NCBI GenBank assembly: GCA_009914755.4
Contig: CP086569.2
Coordinates: 5,376,001 to 5,440,000, forward strand
DNA from: the human T2T-CHM13v2.0 reference genome, Homo sapiens
Direction: 5' to 3'
DNA length: 64,000 nucleotides
In this document: positions 32,655 to 44,197 of the stretch, one piece after another
How the letters are laid out: the number at the start of each line of letters is the position of its first letter
Position numbering within the stretch: position 1 is the stretch's first letter
The notes under the pieces: generated by a model
Told to the model about the DNA's origin: nothing
Database searches by the model: none
What the model saw: the letters and a program-made list of their open reading frames with translations, nothing else
Program-made: the position numbers and the translations under genes

Positions 32655-35600
32655 TTGTTTTTTAGTTTTTTAAATTTCAACTATTATTTTTGATTCAGGG
32701 GGTACATGTGCAGATTTGTTACCTGGGTATATTGGGTGACGCTGAGGTTTGGGGTATGAATAATCTCATCATATTCATAGTTGTTCAACGCTTTCTCCCC
32801 TCTCTCCCTTCTAATACTCTTCAGTGTCTATTGTTGCTGTCTTTATTTCCATGAGTACCCAATGTTTAGCTTCCACTTATAAGGGAGAACATGCAATATT
32901 TGGCTTTCTGTTGCTGTGTTAATTTGCTTAGGATAATGGCCTCCAGCTGCACCCATGTTGCTGCAAATAACATAGTTTGTTCTTTTAAAGACTGCATATA
33001 TCCTATGGTATATGCGTGCTATATATAAGAAATCCAGTCCACCACTGATGGTCACCTAGGTTGACTCCATGTCTTTGCTATTGTGAACAGTGCTGTGTCA
33101 ACATGCAAGTGCATGTGTCTTTTTGGTAGAACAATTTGTTTTCTTTTGGAGATAATACTCAGTAATGAGAGTTTCTGGGTTGAATGGTAATTCTGTTTTG
33201 TGTTCTTTGAGAAATCTTCAAAATGCTCTCCACAAAGGCTGAATTAATTTACATTCCCACCAATAGTGTATAAAAATTCTCTTTTCTCCTCAACTTTGTT
33301 AGCGTCTGTTGTTTTTTGGCTTTTTAATAATAGCTATTCTGACTGGTGTGAGATAGATTCTCATTGTGGTTTTGATTTGCATTTATCTGGTGAAGAATGA
33401 TGAGGAATTTTTTTTATATGTTTGTTGGCCCCTTGTATGTCTTCTTTTGAGAAGTGTCTGTTTATATTTTTTGCCCACTTTTGAATGGAGGCTTTTGTTT
33501 TTTGCTTGTTGTTTGTTTATATTCTCTACAGTCTAGATAGTAGACCTTTGCTGAATGTATACTTTGGGAACATTTTCTCCCATTCTATAGGTTGTCTGTT
33601 CACCTGGTTGATAGCTTATTTTGCTTTGCAGAAGCTCTTTAGTTTAATTAGGTCCCATTTGTCAATTTTTGTTTTTGTTGCAATTGCTTTTAAGGATTCA
33701 GTCATAAATTCTTTGCAAAGGCTAATGTCCAGAATGGTGTTTCGTATGGTTCCTTCTAGAATTCTTACAGTTATTGGTCTCACATTTAAATCTTTAATTC
33801 ATCTTAGGTTAATTTTTGTATATGGTGATAGGTAGGGGTCCAGTTTCATTCTTCTACATGTGGCTAGTCAACTGTCCCAGCACAATTTATTGAATAGAAA
33901 GTCCTTTCCCCACTGCTTAATTTTGTCAACTTTGTCAAATATTAGATGGCTGTAGGTGTGCAACTTTATTTCTGGGTTCTCTATTTCTGTTCCATTGGTC
34001 TATGTGTTTGCTTTTGCATCAGTCCCGTGCTCTTTTTGTTACTGTAGCCTTATAGTACAGTCTGAAATCAGATAATGTGATGCCTCCAGCTTTGTTCTTT
34101 TTGCTTAGGATTATTTTGGCTATTTGGCTTATTTTGTGGTTCCATATAAATTTTAGAACAGTTTTTTTTTTCAAATTCTGGAAAAATGACTTTGGTAGTT
34201 TGATAAGAAGAGTGTTGAATCTGTATTTTGCTTTGGATAGTATGGCCATTTTTATATTTATTCTTCTAATCCATGAGCATAGGATACTTTTTCATTTGTT
34301 TGTGTCATCTAATATTTCTTTTAGCAGTGTTTTGTAGTTCTTCTTGTACAAACAAGCCTCTTGCTGCCTTGGTTAGATTTATTCCTAGCTTTTTTTTTTG
34401 GCTATTGCAAATAAAATTCTATTCTTGATCCAGCACTCAGCTTTAATATATAGAAATTCTACTGATTTTTGCACATTGATTTTGTATGCTGAAACTTTGC
34501 TAAATCTTTTGTGTTCCAGGAGCCTTTCAATGTTCTTTAGGGTTTTCTACATATTGAATCCTACTGGCCATGAATCGACATAGGTTATCATCTTCTTTTC
34601 CTAATTAGATGCCTTTAGTTCTTTATCTTTCCTGATTTCTCTGTCTAGCACTTCCAGTACTGTGTTGAATAGGAGTACTGAAGATGGGCATCCTTGTCTT
34701 ATTCTAGCTTTCAAAAGAATGCTTCTAGTTTTTGCCTGTTTAGTATGATGTTGGCTGTGGGTTTGTCATAGATGACTCATTACTTTAAGGTGTGTTCCTT
34801 CAGTGACTAATATATGAAAGTTTTTATCATGAAGAGATGCTGGATTTTATCAAAAGCTATTTCTGTGTCTATTGAGATGATCACATTTTTTTTAAATTTA
34901 CTTCTGTTTATGCGGTGAATCACATTTATTGATTTGCATATGCTGTACCAATCTTGCATCCCAAGAATGAAACCTACTTGATCACAGTCTTCACGGTCAA
35001 TTAATTTTTTGAAGTGCTGTTGGATTCAGTTTCCTAGTATATTTTTTTTGACAATTTTTGTGTCTTTGTTAATCAGAGATATTGGCCTATAATTTTCATT
35101 TTTTGTTGTGTCTTTGCCAGGTTTTTGTATCAGGATGATGCTGGCCTCATAGAAGGAGTTAGAGAGGAGTCCCTAACTACTAGAATTTTTTTTTAATAGT
35201 TTCAGTAGCATTGGTAACATCTCTTTTTTGTATGTCTGGTACAATTTGGCTCTGAATCCATCTGGTCTGGGTTTTGTTTTTGGTTTGTTTGTTTGGTAGT
35301 GTTTAAAATTACTGATACAATCTCAAAACTCAGCATTGATCTGTTCACGGTTTCAATCTCTTCCTGATTCAATCTTGGGCGATTGTGTGCTTCCAGCAAT
35401 TTCTCAATTTCCTCTAAATTTTCTATTTTGTGTGCACAGAGGTGTTTATATTTTCTGAGGATCTTTTGAATTCCTGTGGGATCAGTTGCAATGCCACCTT
35501 TGTCTATTGTGACTGTGCTTATTTGGGTCATCTCCTGTTAATCTAGCTAGTAGCCTGTCAATCTTATTTATTTTTTTCAATAGTTTGTATGATTTCAATT

Positions 35601-38600
35601 TTTTTAATTTATTGAGACTATGCTTTATATATTCTGTATATACATGTATATTGGGTAGAGTATTCTGTGCATGTTTATTAGGTCCAACTGGTTAAGTGTC
35701 AAATTCAAGTCCAGAATTTCTTTGTTAGTTTTCTGTCTTGATGATCTGTCTAATGCTGTCAGTGGGATGTTGATATCCCCCAGTATTATTGTGTGGCTTT
35801 CTAAGTCTTTTTGTAGACCAAGAAAAACTTGTTTTATAAGAAGAAAACACTCCAATACTGGGTGCATATGTATGTGTATAGTTAAGTCTTCTTGTTGAAT
35901 TGAACACTTAACCATTATGTAATACCCTTCTTTTTGTTGTTATTGCTTTAAACTCTGTTTTATCTGATATAAGAATAGCAACCCCTGTTCTTGTGTTCTG
36001 TTTCCACTGTAGATCTTTCTCTAGATCTTTACTTTGAGTCTATGGATGTTTATGCATGTGTGTTGGGTCTGTTGAAGACAGCAGACTGATAGGGCTTTTT
36101 AATGCAGCTTGTTACTCCATATCTTTTAAATTGGACCTTCAGGCCATTTAAATTCAAGGTTAATATTGATATCTGAGGTTTTAATCCTATCATGAAGTTG
36201 TTAGCTGTTTGCTTTGTGTTTCCTATTTTGTGGTTGCTTTATAGGGTCTTTGGGCTATGTATTTAAGTTTGTTTTCCTGCTAGCTGCTATGATTTCTATG
36301 TTTAGAACTTCCTCAATAATCTCTTGTAAGGCTGGCCTGCTGGTAACAAAGTTTTTCAGGGCTTGCTTGTCTGTAAAATCGTTTGTTTCTCCTTTGCCTA
36401 TGGAACATAGTTTGGTGGGATATAAAATTCCTGGTTGGAATTTCTTGTTTTTAAGAATATTAAAAATTGGCCTCCAATTTCTGTTAGCTTTAAGGTTTCT
36501 GCTGAGAAGTTCACTGCTAGCCTGATGGGGTTCGTTTGTATGTGATCTGACGTTTTTCTCTAGTTGCCTTTAAGTTTTTTGTTGTTGTTGTTGTGTGTGT
36601 GTGTGTGTGTGTGTGTTAAACCTGGACAGTCTTGTGACCATATGCTTTGGTGATACTCATTTTGTATTATATCTCTCAGATGTTCTCTGGATTTTTTGAA
36701 TCTGGATATCTGTCTCTCTAGCAAGATCAGAGAACATTTATTGAATTGTTACCTCAAATATTGTTTTCCAAGTTACCTACATTGTCCACTTCTTCCTCAG
36801 GGATGCCAGTAATTTGCAGGTTTCTTCGCTTTACATCATCTAATATTGCTCAAAAACATTGCTTATTTCTTAAAATTCTTTTCTTCTTTATTTTTATCTG
36901 GCTATGTTATTTCAAAATACTGGTCTTTAAGCTCTGAAATTATTTCTTCTTCTTGGTACAGTCTATTGATAAAGCTTTCAATTGTATTTTTTAAATTCCT
37001 TAAGTTAGTTTGTCAAATCCAGAAGTTCTGATTGCTTTCTTTCAAGATGTTTATCTCTTTCTTTATTTCCCGGATTGCTTTAGAAGTTATTTGTGTTCAT
37101 TTTCAGCTTGTCTTGGATCTCACTGAGCTTCCTTGAAATCCATGCTTTGAATTCTTTTTGTGATTTCTGCATTTACATTTTGGTTAAGGACCATTGGTGG
37201 AGGGGTACTGCAATTCTATGGTGATGTCACTGCATTCATATTTTTCATAGTGCTAGAATTATTGCATTGGTTTCTTCTCATCTGAGAATGTTGGCACTTC
37301 TAATTTTTGTAATTTTGTGTTAGGATATTTTCTTTTGTTTTTTATTTCAGTGTAACATTATTATTTTTTTTCTTTCCCTTTCCCTTTCCTCTCCTCCCTA
37401 CAGGGTGTGACTGTAGTGAATGCTGGGTATGGTCACTTGTCTTTGCTTCTGTAACCCTATGTAGTTTCGTTGACAGGTTTTATATTGATGTGTGTAGTTC
37501 AACCTACAAGCCAGTAGATGGTACTTATGGGTGAGAGCTGGCTGTACCCGATGTGGCTAGGTATATACATGATCCTTGTTTACTGGGAGAAGCTCTCTCT
37601 CATCTTAGGCAATGGGCTGATCTGTGGAGTGCACAGTTGTCTGAGCTCCTTGCTCTGTCCTATGTTAGGACAGGTCCAAGATTAGCATGGCCTGCCTAAA
37701 TGTCCCCTGATGTCAGGCACAAACACCAGCACTTAGCAAGGATCCAGTGGACAGCCACTAAACACCCAAAGGTGTGTCTAGGCATGGAGCTGGGAAACCT
37801 CCTCAGCCCCAAGTTCTCTGGACAGGGATTAGGGGAGGCCTAAATTCCTAATCCAGGTCAGAGAGCGAGTGCTCCACATGCCTGGAGATATGCCTGGGTG
37901 TGGAGCAGAGAGAGATGCCTGTTTGTGAAGCAGAGAGAACCACCCTTCACCAAGATCTCTGCATAGTAGGGGTGGGCAGCTCCAGGTTGCTGAACCAGGT
38001 GAGTGAGTGATCTGAATGTCTGAAGATCTGCCTGGGCATAAAATGTAGAGGGCTTGACTGCACCATGATCCATGGCCAACAAGGGGGGTGTTGCTCAGGC
38101 TACTAGTCCATGTGAGCAAGTACTCCAAATTCCTGGAGTTCTGTCTGCATGTGTTGTGATGAAAGCCCCACTGCACCACCATCTATGCACAGAAATAGGG
38201 GCAGGTAAAGCTGTTGATCCAGGTGAGGAAGTGCTTCAAACACCTGGAGATCTGTTTGGGTATTGAGTGCGAAGTGCCTGCTATACCACAATTTATGTCC
38301 ATGAAAAGTGGGGCAACTCAGATTGCTGATTCAAGCAAGTGGGCGCTCCAGATGCTTGGATTTCTGCATGGAGGTGGAACGGAGAGGGCCCTGCTATACC
38401 ACATCTCAAGGGGAGCATGCTGTGGCACCCATTAATGGCATACGCAAGTCAGTTTCAGGTTGCCAGCTGGCCTTGAATGAAAGTGTCATCATCCAGGAGA
38501 AAACACAGCTATAGCAGCTCTTCTCCTGCCCCAGGGCTTCAACAGGGGAGTGTACAATTCTGGTACCTACTGCTGTGGTGCTTTCTACAGTTCTGGCTAT

Positions 38601-39000
38601 GGAAGCCCCTACCCTGCTCCAGAGCAGGTGTTCCAATCTCTGGCCTGAGATTAAAATACCTGCATGGCCATACTGCTAGGTCTCAAAGGAATGGCTGATT
38701 TTGTATGTGCCTGGATTATAAATGGCATCCTGCTGTCAGTCCTTGGCCTGGGCAAATTTCTGTAGTTTTTCCTGGTGTTTTCCCCTCAGGTCTCCAAGCC
38801 TCTCCCCAGGTTAGCACCAGGACTTTAAAGAAACAAAATATTCTCCCTCCTCTTGGGTTGCTCAGATCCCCAGTAGAAAGGTGAGTCACAGAGGGAGGCT
38901 CTCTGTCTCTCTCATGTACTGGGGCTTCACTTACTTTTATCAACTGGATGCCATCACATGGACTGCTTTCCCATGTCCTCCCCGCTGGGGCCCCCTTCAC
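32655..39000 (-). mobile_element. full-length (~6.3 kb) L1 of L1PA/L1PB type, minus strand, with decayed ORFs
   Basis: The plus strand carries the reverse complement of the primate L1 3' end at 32660-33100 ('...gattcagggggtacatgtgcagatttgttacctgggtat...'). Antisense ORF2/ORF1 sequence runs through ~37350. A GC-richer 5'UTR occupies 37380-39000. Minus-strand ORFs with L1 motifs include 35202-35531 '...RLNQEEIETVNRSM' and 35625-35915 '...LTALDRSSRQKTNKEILDLNLTLNQLDLINMHRILYP'. The 5' boundary is approximate. Confidence 0.85.
37850..38420 (-). repeat. about five diverged tandem monomers (~110 bp) in the L1 5'UTR
   Basis: Repeated units each contain 'cc(a/t)ggtgag..agtg(c/a)tcca(a/c)a..cctggag(a/t)tctg..tgggtat../..tgcaccaccatctatgcacag'. 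Seen directly, but unit boundaries are fuzzy. Confidence 0.5.
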
Positions 39001-39959
39001 AATACTGGTGGATTCTCATTTTTCTTCTTGAATTAAAGCTCACAAAGTTGATCTTTATGCACTATCTTGCTATTTCCAAGTCACTGAGGCATGATAAAAG
39101 GATTTAATCAGTCATCTTGGAAAAAAAATCTATTGTTAGTTTACATCCTTTTTTAAATATATAACTCCCTTGTCAGAAATGTGATTTGCAAATATTTTTA
39201 CCCAGTCTGTAGCTTGCCTTTTCATTCATTCACATTGCCTTTTGCAAAGTAAATATTTTTAATTACAAATAAGCTCAACTTAGCATATTTTTAAAAATAA
39301 ATTGTGCTTTTGATGTTGTAGTTAAGAATGCTGCCTAACTGATAGTCACAAAGATTTTCTCCAATATTTTCTAATAGAAGTTGTATAGTTTTACATTTTA
39401 CATTTAGACTTTTGATTGATTCCAGGTTAATTATTTTATAAGATTAAAGATGTGGGTCAAGTTTTAATTTTCTGCTTATAACCTATAATCATTCTGTTGG
39501 CACTTGTTGAAAAGTCTATACTTTCACCATTGAATTCAGACCTTTGTTGAAAATCACTTTAGAATTTTGTGGATCTATTTCTGGACTGATTATTGTATTT
39601 TTATTAATCATTTTGTATTTATTATTTTGCTATTATTACATTGTAATGATTAGGTACGTGCTATAGTAAATCTTGAAATCAGATCATGTGAGTCCACAAA
39701 TAGGTTTTTTTTAATCAAAATTGGTTGGCTAATCTAATTCCTTTACCTTTCCCCATAAATTATAGCATCAGCTTGTTGATATCTGCAAAAACAGAAGATC
39801 CATCTAAGATTTCCTTTTTATTTAGATTATGTTGACTTTACGGATCAATTGTGGGACCACTGACATCATAACAATATTGAATATTCCAAGCTAAGAACAT
39901 GGTATATCTCTCCATTTAATTAGATTTTCTTTATTTTTTTCATCTTTTTTTTAATTTTA

Positions 39960-40640
39960 AGCACACAGATTCCACACACATTTTGTTACATGTATACCTA
40001 AATGTGTCTGTGAATAGATACAGTGTTGTTTATTTTCAATCTGTATGTCTTTCATTTCTTTTTCTTGCTTTATTTCATTGGCTAGAACTTACAATATTAT
40101 GTCAAATAGGAGTGGTGTCAACCTTACTGTTTCTGATTTTTGGGGAAAAGTATTCAATATTTAACCTTTGAATATCGTGTCAGCTGTTATCTTTGTGTAG
40201 GACCTGCATGTCAATTTGAAGATATTCCCCTGTTTCTAATTTGCTAAAATTGAATAGTTCTACTAATATAAATTTTGATCTAGTTGGTTGATTATGTTGC
40301 TCAAGTCTTCTATGCATTTACTGATTTTCTATTTTTTCCATCAAGTTCTAAGGAGTATTGTAGTCTCCAAGTATTACTGTGGATATGTCTATTTATCCTT
40401 TCATTTCTAGCTTATTTTGCTTATATTTTGAAGCTCTGTTGTAAGGTGCATACACACAGGATTGATACGTCTTCTTAGAGAATTGATCTTTTTATTGTCA
40501 TATAATGTATTTCTTTATACTGGATAGCATTTCTTGCTCTCAAGTAAACTTTATATAGATATAGTAACTCCATCTCTATTTCACTAAAATTTGTATAATA
40601 TTTTTATTGATGTTTGATATCTATTGACATTTGAAGACTA
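39960..40640 (-). mobile_element. old L1 ORF2 fragment (antisense on the plus strand)
   Basis: The plus strand reads like the L1 antisense ('...ttggctagaacttacaatattatgtcaaataggagtggtgtcaaccttactgtttctgatttttggggaaaagtattcaatatttaacctttgaatat...'). Confidence 0.6.
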
Positions 40641-41269
40641 TAGAGAAATTTCATAAAAAGAGTATTATAAACTATTATAGTTTACAGCTAAATACTTGGA
40701 TCTCTAGTTTATTATGTTCCTAACTTGTATTTTAAGATGATTCCAGCAAATAAAGAATACCGAAATCACTTATTTTTGAAATAATTATGACTATATTTTA
40801 TTCTTGAAACTAAGGCATATCTTAGAGTTCAATAAACTATACTTCCAAATTTATGTAATTTATTATTAGCTAACTATTTTTTAGCTATAATTAGTTCATT
40901 ATATATTCTTATAATTTGTTTTCCAATTAATTTCTCTTTTATGTCCTCTCTCAGTGCTAGTTAGAAGCCATATTTCAGCTGACTTGCATGTATAGATGAA
41001 TGATCATAGTTTCCTTGAGGGTCACAGATACAATAAAAAATACCTACATTTGGGATACTAGGCCAAAGGATCCCAATTATGATAATGAGACCTCATCCAC
41101 CCACTCCAAGTCATTTATACTTCCCTAAGAATTACTGACAAATTAAAAATACCAACTCTATAAATAATGGAAGTCTTTAATGCATTTGTATATAGGTTGT
41201 TACCTTTTTTGTCACAATGATATTTAAGTAGCTAATAAAAATATGCCTTTGAAATATAAATTTTATTAT

Positions 41270-41295
41270 TTTTTTCCTCACCCCAACAACTGCAG
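41270..41295 (+). promoter_or_regulatory. 3' splice acceptor (polypyrimidine tract + CAG) of the terminal coding exon
   Basis: 'ttattatttttttcctcaccccaacaactgcag|AAATAACTG'. The open frame continues from the first exon base in phase 1. Confidence 0.6.
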
Positions 41296-41966
41296 AAATA
41301 ACTGTTCAACCAACTGTGGAAGAGGCCTCTGACAACTGCACTCAAGAATGTCTCATCTATGGCCATTCTGATGCCTGCTGGATGCCGGCATCTCTGGATC
41401 ATTCCAGCTCTTCACAAGCACAGGCCTCTGCTCTATGCCACAGCCCACCACTGTCACAGGCCTCTACTCAGCACCACAGCCCACCAGTGACACAGACCAT
41501 TGTTCTCTGCCACAGCCCTCCAGTGACACAGACCATCGCATTGTGCCACAGCCCACCACCGATACAGGTGTCTGCTCTCCACCACAGTCCTCCTCTAGTG
41601 CAGGGTACTGCACTTCACCACAGCCCACCATCAGCACAGGCCTCAGCCCTCTGCTACAGCCCTCCTTTAGCACAGGCTGCTGCAATCAGCCACAGCTCTT
41701 CTCTGCCACAGGTTATTGCCCTCCATCGTAGTCAGGCCCAATCATCAGTCAGTTTGCAGCAAGGTTGGGTGCAAGGTGCTAATGGACTATGCTCTGTTGA
41801 TCAGGGAGTGCAAGGTAGTGCAACATCTCAGTTTTACACCATGTCTGAAAGACTTCATCCCAGTGATGATTCAATTAAAGTCATTCCTTTGACAACCTTC
41901 GCTCCACGCCAACAGGCCAGACCGTCCAGAGGTGATTCCCCCATTATGGAAACACATCCCTTGTAA
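41296..41966 (+). CDS. PCDH11X/PCDH11Y: terminal coding exon of a protocadherin-11 gene (PCDH11X or its Y gametolog): C-terminal repeat-containing cytoplasmic tail
   Basis: The frame is open from the acceptor at 41296 (phase 1; partial codon g|AA = E) to TAA at 41964-41966. It encodes '(E)[66 protein letters not shown]...[45 protein letters not shown]...[49 protein letters not shown]'. This matches my recollection of the human PCDH11X/Y C-terminus nearly residue for residue. The ORF-track start at 41316 is a GTG (Val), not a real initiator. X versus Y, and human versus other ape, cannot be decided from memory. Confidence 0.8.
41421..41737 (+). repeat. in-frame 36-bp tandem repeat (~8.8 units) encoding 12-aa 'Q-x-x-A-L-C/H-H-S-P-P-x-x' units
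   Basis: Units start at 41421, 41457, 41493, 41529, 41565, 41601, 41637, 41673 and 41709 (partial): caggcctctgctctatgccacagcccaccactgtca / caggcctctactcagcaccacagcccaccagtgaca / cagaccattgttctctgccacagccctccagtgaca ... Confidence 0.95.
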
Positions 41967-42609
41967 AGCTAAAATAGTTACTTCAAATTTTCAGAAAAGA
42001 TGTATATAGTCAAAATTTAAGATACAATTCCAATGAGTATTCTGATTATCAGATTTGTAAATAACTATGTAAATAGAAACAGATACCAGAATAAATCTAC
42101 AGCTAGACCCTTAGTCAATAGTTAACCAAAAAATTGCAATTTGTTTAATTCAGAATGTGTATTTAAAAAGAAAAGGAATTTAACAATTTGCATCCCCTTG
42201 TACAGTAAGGCTTATCATGACAGAGCGTACTATTTCTGATGTACAGTATTTTTTGTTGTTTTTATCATCATGTGCAATATTACTGATTTGTTTCCATGCT
42301 GATTGTGTGGAACCAGTATGTAGCAAATGGAAAGCCTAGAAATATCTTATTTTCTAAGTTTACCTTTAGTTTACCTAAACTTTTGTTCAGATAATGTTAA
42401 AAGGTATACGTACTCTAGCCTTTTTTGGGGCTTTCTTTTTGATTTTTGTTTGTGGTTTTCAGTTTTTTTGTTGTTGTTAGTGAGTCTCCCTTCAAAATAC
42501 ACAGTAGGTAGTGTAAATACTGCTTGTTTGTGTCTCTCTGCTGTCATGTTTTCTACCTTATTCCAATACTATATTGTTGATAAAATTTGTATATACATTT
42601 TCAATAAAG
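41967..42609 (+). other. start of the 3'UTR; candidate poly(A) signals AATAAA at 42090-42095 and 42604-42609 (the true 3' end is unknown and may lie much further downstream)
   Basis: Follows the TAA stop. Only the hexamers are seen; no cleavage site can be inferred from sequence alone. Confidence 0.3.
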
Positions 42610-44149
42610 AATATGTATAAACTGTACAGATCTAGATCTACAACCTATTTCTCTACTCTTTAGTAGAGTTCGAGACACAGAAGTGCAATAACTGCCCTAA
42701 TTAAGCAACTATTTGTTAAAAAGGGCCCCTTTTTACTTTAATAGTTTAGTGTAAAGTACATCAGAAATAAAACTGTATCTGACATTTTAAGCCTGTAGTC
42801 CATTATTACTTGGGTCTTTACTTCTGGGAATTTGTATGTAACAGCCTAGAAAATTAAAAGGAGGTGGATGCATCCAAAGCACGAGTCACTTAAAATATCG
42901 ACGGTAAACTACTATTTTGTAGAGAAACTCAGGAAGATTTAAATGTTGATTTGACAGCTCAATAGGCTGTTACCAAAGGGTGTTCAGTAAAAATAACAAA
43001 TACATGTAACTGTAGATAAAACCACATACTAAATCTATAAGACTAAGGGATTTTTGTTATTCTAGCTCAACTTACTGAAGAAAACCACTAATAACAACAA
43101 GAATATCAGGAAGGAACTTTTCAAGAAATGTAATTATAAATCTACATCAAACAGAATTTTAAGGAAAAATGCAGAGGGAGAAATAAGGCACATGACTGCT
43201 TCTTGCAGTCAAGAAGAAATACCAATAACACACACAGAACAAAAACCATCAAAATCTCATATATGAAATAAAATATATTCTTCTAAGCAAAGAAACAGTA
43301 CTATTCATAGAAAACATTAGTTTTCTCCTGTTGTCTGTTATTTCCTTCTTTTATCCTCTTAACTGGCCATTATCTTGTATGTGCACATTTTATAAATGTA
43401 CAGAAACATCACCAACTTGATTTTCTTCCATAGCAAAACTGAGAAAATACCTTGTTTCAGTATAACACTAAACCAAGAGACAATTGATGTTTAATGGGGG
43501 CGGTTGGGGTTGGGGGGGAGTCAATATCTCCTATTGATTAACTTAGACATAGATTTTGTAATGTATAACTTGATATTTAATTTATGATTAAACTGTAATT
43601 TTGTAACATAAACTGTGGTAATTGCATAATTTCATTGGTGAGGATTTCCTTTGAATATTGAGAAAGTTTCTTTTCATGTGCCCAGCAGGTTAAGTAGCGT
43701 TTTCAGAATATACATTATTCCCATCCATTGTAAAGTTCCTTAAGTCATATTTGACTGGGCGTGCAGAATAACTTCTTAACTATTAACTATCAGAGTTTGA
43801 TTAATAAAATTAATTAATTTTTTTTCTCCTTCGTGTTGTTAATGTTCCAAGGGATTTGGAGCATACTGGTTTTCCAGGTGCATGTGAATCCCGAAGGACT
43901 GATGATATTTGAATGTTTATTAAATTATTATCACACAAATGTGTTGATATTGTGGCTATTGTTGATGTTGAAAATTGTAAACTTGGGGAAGATTAAGAAA
44001 AGAACCAATAGTGACAAAAATCAGTGCTTCCAGTAGATTTTAGAACATTCTTTGCCTCAAAAAACCTGCAAAGATGATGTGAGATTTTTTCTTGTGTTTT
44101 AATTATTTTCACATTTTCTCTCTGCAAACCTTTAGTTTTCTGATGATCT

Positions 44150-44197
44150 ACACACACACATACACACACACACACACACACGTGCACACACACACAT
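44150..44197. repeat. (CA)n microsatellite
   Basis: 'cacacacacatacacacacacacacacacacgtgcacacacacaca'. Confidence 0.95.

Noticed and set aside
41435-41731. Overlapping alternative-frame ORFs (41435-41731 plus, 41464-41685 minus) inside the PCDH11 exon
   Set aside because: They are artefacts of the 36-bp tandem repeat being open in several frames. Only the frame continuous with the splice acceptor and stop codon is meaningful.
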